Assembly: GCA_965217185.1 (NCBI GenBank)
Contig: OZ244252.1
Span: 1,792,001 to 1,856,000 of the forward strand
Direction of reading: 5' to 3'
Length of the DNA: 64,000 bases
Source: an uncultured Candidatus Entotheonella sp.
GTDB taxonomy: Bacteria > Tectomicrobia > Entotheonellia > Entotheonellales > Entotheonellaceae
Shown: piece after piece, positions 9,579 to 20,648 of the stretch
Numbering within the stretch: the stretch's first letter is position 1
Layout: each line of letters starts with the position of its first letter
Notes under the pieces: model-generated
Seen by the model: only the letters and a program-made list of their open reading frames with translations
Database searches by the model: none
What the model was told of the DNA's origin: nothing
Program-made: the position numbers and the translations under genes

Positions 9579-10180
9579 TACGTCCGCTGCCGCGCCGGGA
9601 TGCGCCGAGCGGGCTTGAAATCGTCGCCGGTGTAATAGGCCACCGGCAACAGCACGGCCTGCACGATGTTGTCAGGAACACCCAGCAGCGCTGCCACCTC
9701 CTGCTCGTAGCGAAGGTGCAGCGTCGTCCACGCCGAGCCCAGCCCGCGCGCCCGCAGTGCCAGCATGAGCGACCACACGGCCGGCAGAATGCTGGCAAAG
9801 ACGCCCGGCCCAGCCCCCGCCGGCGCCGGGCCGGAGGACTCGACACACGCCACGACCAGCACCGGTGCGTTGTGCATCTGTTCGGCGAGATAGGTGGCCG
9901 AGCTGATGAGGCCGGGGTCCGTCCGGCTAGCCTCCGCCTGCCGCTCCGGCGTGTACACCTCCAGATACGCGCGTTTATAGATTGCGGACAACTCGGCCCG
10001 CTTTGCCTCGTCGGTGATCACCACGAAATGATACCGCTGAATGTTGCCGCCGGTCGGCGCCTGAATGGCAATCTCAAGGCATTCCTGGAGGATTTCCGGC
10101 GGCACCGGACGGCTGAAGTCGAGCCGCTTGCGCACCGTTCGCGTGGTGGTGAGCAGTTTGTCTACCGTGGCGAGGTCCAT
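9551..10180 (-). CDS. Nitroreductase family protein
   Basis: TTRTVRKRLD, APTGGNIQ, LALRARGLGSAWTT; ATG 10180 after GGAG. Confidence 0.92.
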   Translation of the reverse strand: MDLATVDKLLTTTRTVRKRLDFSRPVPPEILQECLEIAIQAPTGGNIQRYHFVVITDEAKRAELSAIYKRAYLEVYTPERQAEASRTDPGLISSATYLAEQMHNAPVLVVACVESSGPAPAGAGPGVFASILPAVWSLMLALRARGLGSAWTTLHLRYEQEVAALLGVPDNIVQAVLLPVAYYTGDDFKPARRIPARQRTYWDQWGDTR

Positions 10181-10312
10181 ACTTGGCAACTCCTTTTCCT
10201 GTGTTGTGCTTTTTGAGTCCGCGTCACTTAGCTGAAAACCCGCCGCAGAGTTAACCCGGGATCAGGGAATTCCGGCTGCCGCCGGATTGGCCGATTCGGG
10301 AGTTAACGGAGA

Positions 10313-11377
10313 TCACTGCACGTCATCCGGCCTCACGGGCCGCTCCGTACGGGCCGCCTCATAAATGGCGAGCGCGATCTGCAGGATGGTTTTCGAGGTT
10401 GGCGCGTCGAGGCGCGGCTGGCGACCGGCAAGCAGGCTGTCGATGAAGTCCGCCGCAGCGCCATCGAAACTCAGCCGCCAATCCATCGGCACCTGATAGC
10501 TCTGCGTTTCGGCGCCCTTGAACACCATGACGGGCGGCAGATCGTACATCTCCCCCGAGCAGCGCGTCACCCACATGACGCCGTGCGAGCCGTGAATCTC
10601 GAAGAACTCGTCCACCGCCACGTACTTGCCCCGCATGACCATGTGGGGCGACGCCGTGTAGTCCAGCACCCCCAGGCAATTGCGGCCCTTGAACGACCAG
10701 ATGGCGGCACTCGGCGCCTCCATCATGAAGGCGTCGCTGCGGTTCACCATGCTCATGATGCGCTCGATCTCGCCGATCCAGTACAGCGCCACGGCGTATT
10801 TGTGCACGCCGTCGTCGTACAGCAGACCGCCGGGATTCAGCGCCTCGTCCCGGCGCCACACCACCGCCTCCGGGTCACGTTCGATGGCCGGTTCGGCGAT
10901 GTCCTCCACCCGCGTGGTATGCAGGCGCACCAAGGACGGCTCCCCGATGACGCCCGAGTCCAGGAGTTCCTTGGCCTTCACGATCGGCGGGTAATAGAGG
11001 AAATTCTCGGTGATGCGGAAGGTCGTGCCGGCCTGCGCGGCGGCGGCGATGATGCGGTCCGCCTCGGGCACCGTGGCGCACATGGGTTTCTGGCACGAAA
11101 CGTGTTTGCCGGCCTGCAGCGCGGCGAGGATCTGATCGACGTGCAGGAAGGTCGGGGTCAGCAATTCAACCGCATCGACGGCCGGATCGTTGAGCACCTG
11201 CTCGTAGTCGGTGTAGATCGCCGGCGCGATGCCCCACTGCCGGGCGCGGTGCTCGGCCTTGCCGCGAACGGTGTCGCACAGGGCCACAACCTCGCACTTG
11301 GGATGCTGCAGGTAACCCGGCGCGTTGAGCTGCGAGATGTTGCCGCACCCGACGATTGCCAAACGGACTTTATCCAT
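10313..11377 (-). CDS. Gfo/Idh/MocA family oxidoreductase
   Basis: IVGCGNI, AGKHVSCQKP, GGLLYDDGVH. Confidence 0.92.
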   Translation of the reverse strand: MDKVRLAIVGCGNISQLNAPGYLQHPKCEVVALCDTVRGKAEHRARQWGIAPAIYTDYEQVLNDPAVDAVELLTPTFLHVDQILAALQAGKHVSCQKPMCATVPEADRIIAAAAQAGTTFRITENFLYYPPIVKAKELLDSGVIGEPSLVRLHTTRVEDIAEPAIERDPEAVVWRRDEALNPGGLLYDDGVHKYAVALYWIGEIERIMSMVNRSDAFMMEAPSAAIWSFKGRNCLGVLDYTASPHMVMRGKYVAVDEFFEIHGSHGVMWVTRCSGEMYDLPPVMVFKGAETQSYQVPMDWRLSFDGAAADFIDSLLAGRQPRLDAPTSKTILQIALAIYEAARTERPVRPDDVQ

Positions 11378-11460
11378 GTTGATGGGCTCCCCGATTGATG
11401 CGCATAGCTTGCGAAAACGGTGCCCATGCTACCCAGGAAACCCGGCCGGCGCAATTCTTC

Positions 11461-11490
11461 GTCGGATTACGCGGCGCTAATCCGACCTAC
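11461..11490 (-). repeat. GTAG-type REP palindrome
   Basis: GTCGGATTACGCGGCGCTAATCCGACCTAC; related copies at 28951-28980, 33552-33581, 50900-50931. Confidence 0.8.
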
Positions 11491-11512
11491 ATTGAAGCCC
11501 CCGTCTGCTTGC

Positions 11513-13000
11513 TCAACTCCGCCGCACGATTCGCATCATGACGACAAGACAGCCGATCACAATGGACAGATACAGCAATAGCGCGAAGCAATCGTTGAAG
11601 GCGTGCAGCAGCGCCTCGCGGCGCACGAACCCGGCCAGCGTGCCGCGCGCGTACAGGTCCATGAACTGGCTGCCGAGCCGGTCCCACACGCCCGCGAAAG
11701 CGTCGAGCGCGTGTTGCGTGCCGACGGCGGCGTGGGTCTGCGTTTCTGCGAAGCGCGCCTGGTGAATCGTCTGCCAGCGCTGCAGCATCGTGCTCAGCAG
11801 CGAAATGCCGAACGTGCCGCCGAGCACCAGGCTGAGGCTGAGCAGGCTGGAGGCCATGCGCGCCCGCTGTGTCGTCAGCCCGCTGGTTGCGGTGGCGAAC
11901 ACCGGCGCGTTCAGGAATCCCAGGCCGATGCTACGCCAAATGTAGGCCCAGGTGAAATAGCCGAGCGTGACGCGCCCATCCGCGGTCAGCATGAGGTAGC
12001 AGAAGAACCCGAACGCCGCCGCCCCGATTGCCATGGGAATCCGCGGGTCGATACGGTCGACAAGCCAGCCGGCGACCAGCGCGCAGATGATCATGGCGGC
12101 GGCGCCCGGTGTCAGCGCCAGGGCCGACTGCTGCACGGAATAATCCAGGCCAAGCTGCATGAACAGCACGGTCAGAAAACTGCTGGAGTAGAAGAACACA
12201 CCAAGGATGAAGGCAGCACAGGTGCCGCTATTGTAGAGCAGGCGGCGGTACAGGTCGAGATCGAGAAGCGGGATATCGATGCGGCCTTCGATGAACAAAA
12301 ACAGGCACGCAGCGACGCCGCAGATCGTCAGCAGGCTGAGAATGAACGTCGAATCCCAACCCTCCTGCTGAACCTGGCTGAGGGCCACCAGCAGGCTCAC
12401 CAAGGCGGCGCTCAGGGTGACGAAGCCCCAGCCGTCGAACGGCACTTCATCCTCCCGCGCCGAGGGCCTTATCAGCAGCAAAGTTCCCAAAACGGCGAGG
12501 CTGCCGGGCACCAGGTTCAGGTAGAAAACCGTGCGCCACTCCACGGCGTCGGCGACGAACCCGGCGATGGGCAGGCCAAACAGATTGCCCAGCGAGGCCC
12601 CGGTTGCCCACAGGGAGGTGCCCAGGCCGCGTTGGCGCGGCGGCGTGACCTCCAGCATGAGCGCCAGGGAAATCGGCATCAGCACGGCAGCACCGACGCC
12701 TTGCAGAATGCGCACCAGGATGAGGATTTCGATGCTCGGCGCGGCGCCGCACAAGGCGGAGGCGCTGATGAAGATAGCGACGCCGAGCGCGTAAAGGCGC
12801 TGGTTGCCCAGCCGGCGGCCGACCCAGCCGAGAGTCGGCATGGTGACCGCGGTGGCAATCAGGTAGGCGGTCATCACCCACCGGGCCGTCAGCACGTCCG
12901 CCCCCAGGCCGCTCATGATGCGCGGCAGGGTGACGTTCACCACGTTGATGTCGAGGATATTGATGAAGGGGCCGAGCATGCAGGACATCATCACGCCCAC
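11513..13000 (-). CDS. DHA2-family (EmrB/QacA-like) MFS efflux permease
   Basis: ILDINVVNVTLP, WVMTAYL, RILQGVG, about 14 TM segments. Frame stays open about 115 nt further upstream without ATG/GTG/TTG. Confidence 0.92.
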   Translation of the reverse strand: MGVMMSCMLGPFINILDINVVNVTLPRIMSGLGADVLTARWVMTAYLIATAVTMPTLGWVGRRLGNQRLYALGVAIFISASALCGAAPSIEILILVRILQGVGAAVLMPISLALMLEVTPPRQRGLGTSLWATGASLGNLFGLPIAGFVADAVEWRTVFYLNLVPGSLAVLGTLLLIRPSAREDEVPFDGWGFVTLSAALVSLLVALSQVQQEGWDSTFILSLLTICGVAACLFLFIEGRIDIPLLDLDLYRRLLYNSGTCAAFILGVFFYSSSFLTVLFMQLGLDYSVQQSALALTPGAAAMIICALVAGWLVDRIDPRIPMAIGAAAFGFFCYLMLTADGRVTLGYFTWAYIWRSIGLGFLNAPVFATATSGLTTQRARMASSLLSLSLVLGGTFGISLLSTMLQRWQTIHQARFAETQTHAAVGTQHALDAFAGVWDRLGSQFMDLYARGTLAGFVRREALLHAFNDCFALLLYLSIVIGCLVVMMRIVRRS

Positions 13001-13320
13001 GACGACAAGGGAGCGAGGAGCCGCGGGCGCGGCATCGACAGCGGACTGTTGGATGACGGGTTCCTCTTGCTTGACTTGGGGGGCTGTGAGGTCGGCGCGA
13101 GCTGTAGACGCAGCAATCCTAACCGCCCCTCACCTGCATCGCAAGGTAGCCCACGTTATGTTGTTCTCTTGGTTTGACTGAGCGGCGAACGCCGCAAGCG
13201 GTTATAATTTTTTCGCAGCGCGCACCGCAAGCACGGGCCGAAAAAGAATCTGCCTCCCCCGCAATGCGCGCACTCGACAACCCAACACACACGACGCATC
13301 TCGAACAAGGAGCGCAATAC

Positions 13321-14109
13321 GTGGATCTCGAACTGAACGGCAAGGTCGCCCTTGTCACCGGCGGCAGCAAGGGGATTGGCAAGGCCATCGCCATGGAACT
13401 GGCCAAGGAAGGCGTCGACATCGCCATTGCCGCCCGCTCGCAGGGCCCGCTGGATGAGGCCGCCGAAGAGTTGCGGGCCACCGGCAGGCGCGTCGTGGCC
13501 GTCGCCGCCGACATGATGAAGTGGGACGACGTGCAGAACATGGTGGACACCACCGTTGCCCAACTGGGCAGGATCGACATTCTGATCAACAACGCCGCCA
13601 TGGTGGGCGGCCAGGTGCGCGGCACCCTCGCCGAGGCCACCGAAAAGGACATGATCGAAGACCTGGACACCAAGGTGGTGGGCTACTTCCGCTGCATGAA
13701 GGCGGTGGTGCCGCACATGCAACGCCAGGGCTGGGGGCGCATCATCAGCATCGGCGGCGTTTCGGCGCGCCAGTCCACCATCTACGGCCTGCGCAACGCC
13801 GCGGTGGTGCACATGACCAAGACCTTCTCCGACCAGCTCGGCGGCGACGGCATCACGCTGAACGTCGTGCATCCCGGCCTGACGCTGTCGGAAACCGTCA
13901 GCACCATGCTCGACAAACGCGCCGAAAACCAGGGCGTGTCGCGCGCCGACATCGAGAATGAGTCATCCCAACGGGTCGCCATCCGACGCCCCATCGACCC
14001 GCAGGAACTGGCCTGGGTGGTGGCGTTCCTGTCGTCTCCGAAGGCACATTGCGTCACCGGCGAAGTGATCGCCGCCGGCGGCGGCGCTATGGGGGCGGTG
14101 TTTCAATAA
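13321..14109 (+). CDS. SDR family oxidoreductase
   Basis: GTG after AGGAG; TGGSKGIG, NNA, YGLRN variant of YxxxK. Confidence 0.92.
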   Translation: MDLELNGKVALVTGGSKGIGKAIAMELAKEGVDIAIAARSQGPLDEAAEELRATGRRVVAVAADMMKWDDVQNMVDTTVAQLGRIDILINNAAMVGGQVRGTLAEATEKDMIEDLDTKVVGYFRCMKAVVPHMQRQGWGRIISIGGVSARQSTIYGLRNAAVVHMTKTFSDQLGGDGITLNVVHPGLTLSETVSTMLDKRAENQGVSRADIENESSQRVAIRRPIDPQELAWVVAFLSSPKAHCVTGEVIAAGGGAMGAVFQ

Positions 14110-14143
14110 TGGTCAGGAACGCGGTGTCAACGGAGGAAGCGGT

Positions 14144-15322
14144 GTGAAGGACGAGACACGGCTGGTGCATGCCGGCAGAGACCCGCAGCGTGACGGCGGC
14201 ATCGTCAACCCACCCGTCAGCCGCGCCTCCACGGTGCTCTACCCGACTTTGGACGCCTTTGCCAGGCGCAATGCCGGCGACGCCAAGTACCGTGCCGTGC
14301 GCTACGGCGCCTACGGGGTGGCCAACACCCTTGCCCTGGCCGACGCGATAGCGGAACTGGAAGGCGGCGCCGGCGCGGTGGTCACCGCCACCGGCCTGTC
14401 CGCCGTCACCCTCGCCCTTACCGCGCTGGTTGGGCAAGGCGATCACGTCCTGATGACGGATTCCGCCTACGGGCCGACGCGCGCTTTCTGCGATGAGGTG
14501 CTGACCCGCTTCGGCGTCGAAACGACCTATTACGACCCGCTCATCGGCGCCGGCATCGCCGGTTTGATGCGGCCCAACACCCGCGTCGTGTTCACCGAAT
14601 CCCCCGGCTCCCTCACCTTCGAGGTGCAAGACATACCCGCCATTGCCGCCGCCGCCCACCGGCACGAGGCATTGGTCCTGCTGGACAACACTTGGTCCGC
14701 GGGGCTGTTCTTCAAACCGTTCGACCACGGGGTTGATGTTTCCATCCAAGCCGCTACCAAGTACATTTCCGGTCACTCCGACGCGGTCATCGGCACCATC
14801 ACCGCCCGCACCGAGACGCTGTTTCGCCGCATCAAGGACACCACCATGGCCTTCGGCGACGTCGCCGCACCGGACACCAGCTATCTGGCCCTGCGCGGCC
14901 TGCGCTCCATGGCGGCACGCTTGCGGCAACAGCAGGCGGCCGGCCTACAGATCACCGAATGGCTGCGCGGCCGGCCCGAGGTGAAGCGCGTCCTCTACCC
15001 TGCCCTTCCCGGCGACTCTGGACACGCCATCTGGAAACGCGATTTTACCGGTGCATGCAGCCTCTTCAGCGTCGTGCTGCACACCGGCGACGAAGCCGCC
15101 GTCGCCGGCATGGTCGACGCCTACCAATACTTCAAGATCGGCGCCAGCTGGGGCGGCTTCGAAAGCCTCGTCATCCCCGCCTACCCCGCCCAACTCCGCA
15201 CCGCCGTTCGCTGGACGGACTCCGGCCTCGTGCTCCGCTACCACGTCGGCCTGGAAGCCCCGGAGGATTTAATGGCTGATCTGGAGGAAGGGTTCGAGCG
15301 CCTGCGGCAGGCCGTGAGTTGA
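14144..15322 (+). CDS. metC: Cystathionine beta-lyase
   Basis: VNPPVSRASTV, ESPGSLTFEVQD, DNTW, QAATKYISGHSD, GASWGGFESL. Confidence 0.88.
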   Translation: MKDETRLVHAGRDPQRDGGIVNPPVSRASTVLYPTLDAFARRNAGDAKYRAVRYGAYGVANTLALADAIAELEGGAGAVVTATGLSAVTLALTALVGQGDHVLMTDSAYGPTRAFCDEVLTRFGVETTYYDPLIGAGIAGLMRPNTRVVFTESPGSLTFEVQDIPAIAAAAHRHEALVLLDNTWSAGLFFKPFDHGVDVSIQAATKYISGHSDAVIGTITARTETLFRRIKDTTMAFGDVAAPDTSYLALRGLRSMAARLRQQQAAGLQITEWLRGRPEVKRVLYPALPGDSGHAIWKRDFTGACSLFSVVLHTGDEAAVAGMVDAYQYFKIGASWGGFESLVIPAYPAQLRTAVRWTDSGLVLRYHVGLEAPEDLMADLEEGFERLRQAVS

Positions 15323-15496
15323 GAGTCGGAGGCAGTGGGCGGAATGGGCTCCGGACAGAATATGACTTGAAGAACGTTCGGGTGCGGGAGGCTGGCTCGG
15401 AGCGGTTTTGAAGCAACAGCTGAAAGGCGACTTGTTCAGGTTTTCCTTTGCGTCATCAATATAGTGGAATGCAGAAAGACTTCTCGTACCGGTTCA

Positions 15497-16240
15497 TCAG
15501 CCGCCTCGTCGCGCCGCCTCTACGGCGACATGGCCCGCCAGTTCACTCACAAAGTTCCGCAAACCCGTCAGTTCACTCAACTCCGAATAATCACCGGTAT
15601 CGGCAGCAGATCGCGGGGAAATCATGACCGACGCAGCGGTATAGAGTTTCTCCTGCACGAGCTTACGGCACAGAATGCGGCAGCGTTCGGCGTACGAAAT
15701 CCCTTCAAACTCCGGGAATACCGGAAAGTGAGGCGATACGTCGCGTACTGGCGAGCGCGATTGCTGGGTATCTTCCAAAAGCATCAGCCAACCCACAAAA
15801 GGCCGGGGCCGCTCACCGAAAGCGCCTGCCCGGTAAGCTGTCCAAAGATCGTGTGCGGTACCGATGGCCTCTTCCGTGCGGTTGTTGAAATTGTTCCCGA
15901 ATGACGGCCCGACCTGGCTCTTGAACTCCAGCGCGGCAATCAGGCAACCGCCGTGAATCACGAGCACATCCCACAGCTTGGTCGGACGAAAATAGCCTGG
16001 CAACGTGACCGTGCGACGTTTTCTGTGAATGTCGGCATGCGCCAGACCGTTGGCACGCACGATGTCGATGACGAGATCAATAAAGCCGTCCATATTCTTG
16101 CCGGCTGTCACCCCAGCACGACCGCCTGGGTCAACACGGCCAGACGCGATCTGTTTTTGCCGCGCCCGCTCGCGGTTGCCCCAGAAGTCCTGCACCGCCT
16201 GCCTCGCTTTCGCTTCGTAATCCGAGAGGTCGATAGCCAT
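15497..16240 (-). CDS. Type II restriction endonuclease, PaeR7I/XhoI family
   Basis: [44 protein letters not shown]. Confidence 0.92.
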   Translation of the reverse strand: MAIDLSDYEAKARQAVQDFWGNRERARQKQIASGRVDPGGRAGVTAGKNMDGFIDLVIDIVRANGLAHADIHRKRRTVTLPGYFRPTKLWDVLVIHGGCLIAALEFKSQVGPSFGNNFNNRTEEAIGTAHDLWTAYRAGAFGERPRPFVGWLMLLEDTQQSRSPVRDVSPHFPVFPEFEGISYAERCRILCRKLVQEKLYTAASVMISPRSAADTGDYSELSELTGLRNFVSELAGHVAVEAARRGG

Positions 16241-16251
16241 GTAGCGGCGTC

Positions 16252-17979
16252 CTATTCGTCGACGTTTCCGCCCAGGGCGGCCTGCTCATCGCTTGAAAGG
16301 CGATAGAGCTTGAAGACGGCTGCCTTGCAAGCTGCCGTATCCCCGCGTTTTGCGGCCGCCGTCAGCGCGGTCTTGATCTCATCAGGGACATCTGGCCAAT
16401 GAGGCAGACGAATACGCCGCAGATACTGAACCTGAAAACGCAGGTAGCCACCCCGCATGCGAGTCGAATAGATCGACACGAACAGCCGCGCAATGCCGGA
16501 TTGCAGGACCGCTTGCAGCGCTCTCAGCTCCCACGCATCGGACGTAATGAAATAAAGATTGTGGTGCGGGTAGAGACGGCCGTTCTCGTAGACGATATGG
16601 GCTTCTCCCTTGATGTCCGGGATGAGCAGCTTCGGTGTCTTCGCCAGAGCTGGTTCCATCCGGTCAATGGTGCGGTACCAGTTAGCGGGGGCCTTCCGGG
16701 CAATATGGCGCTTGGCAAGTTTGGCCCGGCGGGCTTCCAGATAGCGTCTGAGCCTGGGGTACTGACCCAGGTCGACCAGCCCGCCTGCATCGGCGAACGG
16801 GTTGACGATGCCAAGACCGCGCCACTTGACCTCACCACTCAGGATGTCTCGAGTCATGGCAAGGGGCAGCTTGCGGTCCGGTTCGACGTCAAGCTCGTCA
16901 TAGGGGCCGATAAATGCCTTATCCGCACCGGTGGCCACACCGATGCCGACCTTGCATCCGGTGTCTTCGAGGAGCGGAAAGTCATGCTCCAGGCGGCGCA
17001 CCAGGGTCACTTGGTCCGAAGATGCTAACAGCCACGGTTCCGCGTCCATCGCCACTCCGGCAAATTCTTTCACCGGGCTGCCCGGCGCGGGCGTCTGGGG
17101 CGACAGGAGTTCTCGGGCCAGGGCGCGCAGCGCTTGTCCGCTGATCTCCGGTCGCCGTGCCATGCGGGTCTTGCCGGGCTTTTCCCTGCCGATGATGGTG
17201 ATGGCGGGGTAGGCGATCACGTCTTTATGGAAAGCAGACGTATCCACCATGTCCACATAGGTTTTCAAGTGAAAGCGCTCTGCCACCATACGGCGCAGCG
17301 GCCTGCCGTAGCGGTTCTTCATCCAGCGATCGGCGCAGATGAAGCCCAGCGCCCCGCCTTCCGAAAGCAGGCTGAGGGAACGCTCGATAAAGGGGATATA
17401 GAGGTCAGCCCGGTCAAAGATCGTGGTGTAACGCGAGCGGTATTCGGCTATCAGAGCGTCCGGGATTCGTTCCTGCCGGACATAGGGGGGGTTGCCGACG
17501 ACGTGGTCGAATGGGCCTGGTAGCGGCATCTGCAGAAAATCCCCACATAGTAGCCAGGCCCCTGCGAGTTGCGCGGCGGTTGGGGGGGCAATTCCTTCTT
17601 GCGTCAGAAGGGCGATGACTTTTAGGTAGGTCGCGTCGTACGACGCCTGATGCAGTTCCACGGCGCGAAAGCTGTCTTTGAGGTCATGCCATACGTCGTG
17701 CCGGTCGCCCTGTCGTTTCCACGCCCTGAGCAGGCGATCAACAACGATGAGCAGAAAGTCACCGGCTCCGAAAGACGGTTCCAGAATGCGGTGTTGGTAC
17801 AGGGCCCTGTCGGGGGTATAGCTGAGCAGGTCGAGGATGAATTCGACGACCTCGCGCCGGGTGAAAATCGCACCGCGTTCTTCGATGCCGGCGGCGGCGA
17901 GACCCTCCAAAGCGTCCTCAACCGGGCACGTACCGGGGAACGATGCTTGGCGAAGGAGGGGTCGCACCGATTCAGCCAT
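16252..17979 (-). CDS. N6-adenine DNA methyltransferase (M.PaeR7I/TaqI-like, gamma class)
   Basis: [29 protein letters not shown]-terminal TaqI_C-like region; adjacent to the REase. Confidence 0.92.
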   Translation of the reverse strand: MAESVRPLLRQASFPGTCPVEDALEGLAAAGIEERGAIFTRREVVEFILDLLSYTPDRALYQHRILEPSFGAGDFLLIVVDRLLRAWKRQGDRHDVWHDLKDSFRAVELHQASYDATYLKVIALLTQEGIAPPTAAQLAGAWLLCGDFLQMPLPGPFDHVVGNPPYVRQERIPDALIAEYRSRYTTIFDRADLYIPFIERSLSLLSEGGALGFICADRWMKNRYGRPLRRMVAERFHLKTYVDMVDTSAFHKDVIAYPAITIIGREKPGKTRMARRPEISGQALRALARELLSPQTPAPGSPVKEFAGVAMDAEPWLLASSDQVTLVRRLEHDFPLLEDTGCKVGIGVATGADKAFIGPYDELDVEPDRKLPLAMTRDILSGEVKWRGLGIVNPFADAGGLVDLGQYPRLRRYLEARRAKLAKRHIARKAPANWYRTIDRMEPALAKTPKLLIPDIKGEAHIVYENGRLYPHHNLYFITSDAWELRALQAVLQSGIARLFVSIYSTRMRGGYLRFQVQYLRRIRLPHWPDVPDEIKTALTAAAKRGDTAACKAAVFKLYRLSSDEQAALGGNVDE

Positions 17980-18141
17980 GTCGATGTTTTCCGTTCAACG
18001 CGCTCGTTTCGGAGAGTCCAAGGTAACTTCAATCAGGGAAAACTCACGCCGCGGGGCTTCCGCCTGTCTGCTACAGGGCAGGCAGGCGGGAACGACGAAC
18101 AGTTGGAGCCCGGTAGCCGAATCGCGCCTTGGTGATCCGAC

Positions 18142-19416
18142 CTACCTCGCCGCCGCCAGGGCCTGATCCAGGTCCGCCACGATGTCCTCGATATGCTCAA
18201 TACCGATGCACAGGCGGATCATGTCCGAGGTGACACCGGCGTCCGCCTGTTCCGATTCGGTCAATTGGCGGTGCGTGGTTGACGCGGGGTGGGCCGCCAG
18301 GGACTTGGCGTCGCCAATGTTGACGAGGCGCTTGAACAGCTTCAGGGCGTCGTAGAACTTCACGCCGGCGTCGTAGCCGCCCTTGACGCCGAAGCTGAGC
18401 AGGGCGGAGGGGCGACCGTTGGTGTATTTCTGGGCCAGATCGTAATACTTGGAATCGGGCAGCCCGGCGTAGTGCACCCAGGCAACCTGGCTGTGCGATT
18501 GCAGGTGCTTGGCCACCGCCATCGCGTTGTCCACGTGGCGTTCCATGCGCAGCGGCAGGGTTTCGAGGCCCTGCAGCAGCAGAAAGGCGTTGAACGGGCT
18601 GAGCGCCGAGCCGGTGTTGCGCAGCGGCACCGTGCGCGCCCGCCCGATGTAAGCGGCGGGGCCAAGGGCGTCGCTGTACACGATGCCGTGATAGGCCGGT
18701 TCCGGCTGCGTCAGGCCGGGGTATTTGGCGGCGTGCTCGGTCCAGGGAAACTTGCCGCTGTCGACAATCACGCCGCCCAGCGAGTTGCCGTGGCCGCCCA
18801 TGTATTTGGTCATGGAATGCACGACGATGTCGACGCCGTAATCAATGGGCTTGAGCAGCGGCGGCGGCGTCACGGTGCTGTCGACGATCACCGGTACGCC
18901 GTGGCTGTGCGCCATGTCGGAGATGGCTTCGATGTCCGCGATGTTGCCCGCCGGGTTGCCGATCGTCTCCGCAAACACCGCGATGGTCTTGCTGTCGATG
19001 AGCCGCTCCAGGCTTGCCGGGCTGTCGTCGTCCGCGAACCGCACTTCGATGCCCTGTTTCGGCAGCATGTGCGCAAACAGGGTATAGGTGCCGCCGTACA
19101 GCAGCGGCACCGACACCACGTTGTTGCCCGCCTCGGCGATGGTCAGGATCGAGTAGTTCACCGCTGCGCTGCCGGAGCTCAGGGCCAGCCCGGCGATGCC
19201 GTTTTCAAGAGCCGCCACGCGCTTTTCCAGCACGTCGTTGGTGGGGTTCATGATGCGGGTGTAGATGTTGCCCGGCACCGCCAGGTTGAACAGGTCGGCG
19301 CCGTGCTTGGCGTTGTCGAACTCGTAGGCCACCGTCTGGTAAATGGGCACCGCCACGGCATGGGTCGTCGGATCCGTTTCGTAGCCGGCGTGAATCGCTA
19401 TGGTTTCGTCTCGCAT
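18142..19416 (-). CDS. metY: O-acetylhomoserine sulfhydrylase/aminocarboxypropyltransferase
   Basis: IYTRIMNPT, HSMTKYMGGHG, NIGDAKSL, HPASTTHRQL. Confidence 0.92.
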   Translation of the reverse strand: MRDETIAIHAGYETDPTTHAVAVPIYQTVAYEFDNAKHGADLFNLAVPGNIYTRIMNPTNDVLEKRVAALENGIAGLALSSGSAAVNYSILTIAEAGNNVVSVPLLYGGTYTLFAHMLPKQGIEVRFADDDSPASLERLIDSKTIAVFAETIGNPAGNIADIEAISDMAHSHGVPVIVDSTVTPPPLLKPIDYGVDIVVHSMTKYMGGHGNSLGGVIVDSGKFPWTEHAAKYPGLTQPEPAYHGIVYSDALGPAAYIGRARTVPLRNTGSALSPFNAFLLLQGLETLPLRMERHVDNAMAVAKHLQSHSQVAWVHYAGLPDSKYYDLAQKYTNGRPSALLSFGVKGGYDAGVKFYDALKLFKRLVNIGDAKSLAAHPASTTHRQLTESEQADAGVTSDMIRLCIGIEHIEDIVADLDQALAAAR

Positions 19417-19464
19417 GCAAACACTCCTTCGCTAACGTCGCAACGTTATGAACGCGGATGGAAA

Positions 19465-20544
19465 TCAGGATGGGCAGTCCCTCAGGCCGAGCGGGTCGTG
19501 GGGATCGATGTCCGGCATGAATGGCAGGCGGCGGTCCGGGTGGGTCAGGCGGTACACCAAGCCCAGCCAGTTGTTGAAAATCGCCTTGCCCGTGTCGCCC
19601 CAGGTGTTGTCGAGGTGGGGCTCGATCGCCGCTTCCGGGAAGTCGGGAAGCGGTTCCCCATGCGCCTTGGCCAGGGTGGCTTGGCGCAAATGGGAAGCCG
19701 CCAGATCAGCGGCTTTGGCGGAAAAATAGTTTTCCGGATTGGGCGGTGAGTCGTCGATCTCGTCGCTGAGATAGCGCAGCGTCTCGCGCTTGTACTCCTT
19801 CAGCAGGCTGTTGAAGTCGTACTCCGGATGGCCCTGGAAATACACGATGCGGAACTGGTCGGGGCTCACCGCCATGTGCACGCCCGCCTCGTCGCTGTCA
19901 ACCAGCACCCGCAGCCCCGCAGCCGTCAACTCGTCCTGCCTCACCTCGTTCCAGCGCGAGTGCGGCACGTCGAAGCGTGTGTTGATGCCCTGCAGCAGCG
20001 GGTGCAAGCGGTTGCGCACGCGATGGCTGTAGACCCCCCACCGCTTGCTTGGCAGTTTGTGCCGGTCGATCTGATACAATTGCTTGACCAGTGCGTGGGT
20101 GGCCAGGCACGAGCACAGGATGCTCGTCACGTTGTCCGTCGCCCAGTCGATCACCTCCCGCAGTGGCGTCCAGAACGGCTCCAGTTCCAATGAGGGCTGG
20201 GTAACATTGGCGCCGGAAATAATCAGGGCGTCCAACCCCGCCTCGCGCAGGTCTTCGAACTCTGCGTAATAGGCGTCGATGTAAGCGGCGGCCTCGGCGC
20301 TGCGCGGCAGGCCGGGAACGGAAAAGGGATGGATGTAGAACTGCGCGATCTGGTTGCAGTTACCGACAAGGCGCATGTATTGCTGCTCGGTCACCGAGAG
20401 AGCGGCATCCGGCATCATGTTCAACAGGCCGATGTGGAGCTCGCGGATGTCCTGTGCCACAGCCCGTTCCAGGCTCAGGATGTCGTAGCCCCCTTGGCGT
20501 AACCGGTCGAAGGTGGGCAGGTTGGTGTGTGCCACGAGGGGCAT
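19465..20544 (-). CDS. metA: Homoserine O-acyltransferase, HTS/MetA family (acyl donor uncertain)
   Basis: QDIRELHIGLLNMMP, catalytic SCLA, PHSRW, QGHPEY. Confidence 0.92.
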   Translation of the reverse strand: MPLVAHTNLPTFDRLRQGGYDILSLERAVAQDIRELHIGLLNMMPDAALSVTEQQYMRLVGNCNQIAQFYIHPFSVPGLPRSAEAAAYIDAYYAEFEDLREAGLDALIISGANVTQPSLELEPFWTPLREVIDWATDNVTSILCSCLATHALVKQLYQIDRHKLPSKRWGVYSHRVRNRLHPLLQGINTRFDVPHSRWNEVRQDELTAAGLRVLVDSDEAGVHMAVSPDQFRIVYFQGHPEYDFNSLLKEYKRETLRYLSDEIDDSPPNPENYFSAKAADLAASHLRQATLAKAHGEPLPDFPEAAIEPHLDNTWGDTGKAIFNNWLGLVYRLTHPDRRLPFMPDIDPHDPLGLRDCPS

Positions 20545-20648
20545 GCTCAACTCCTCCATTTGCCCGCCGAGCAGCGGGCACTACAGGCCATGCTGAATGG
20601 CCGGGAAGTATACAGCAGAAGCCGAAACGGATTCAAAGGAGCAGCCTT

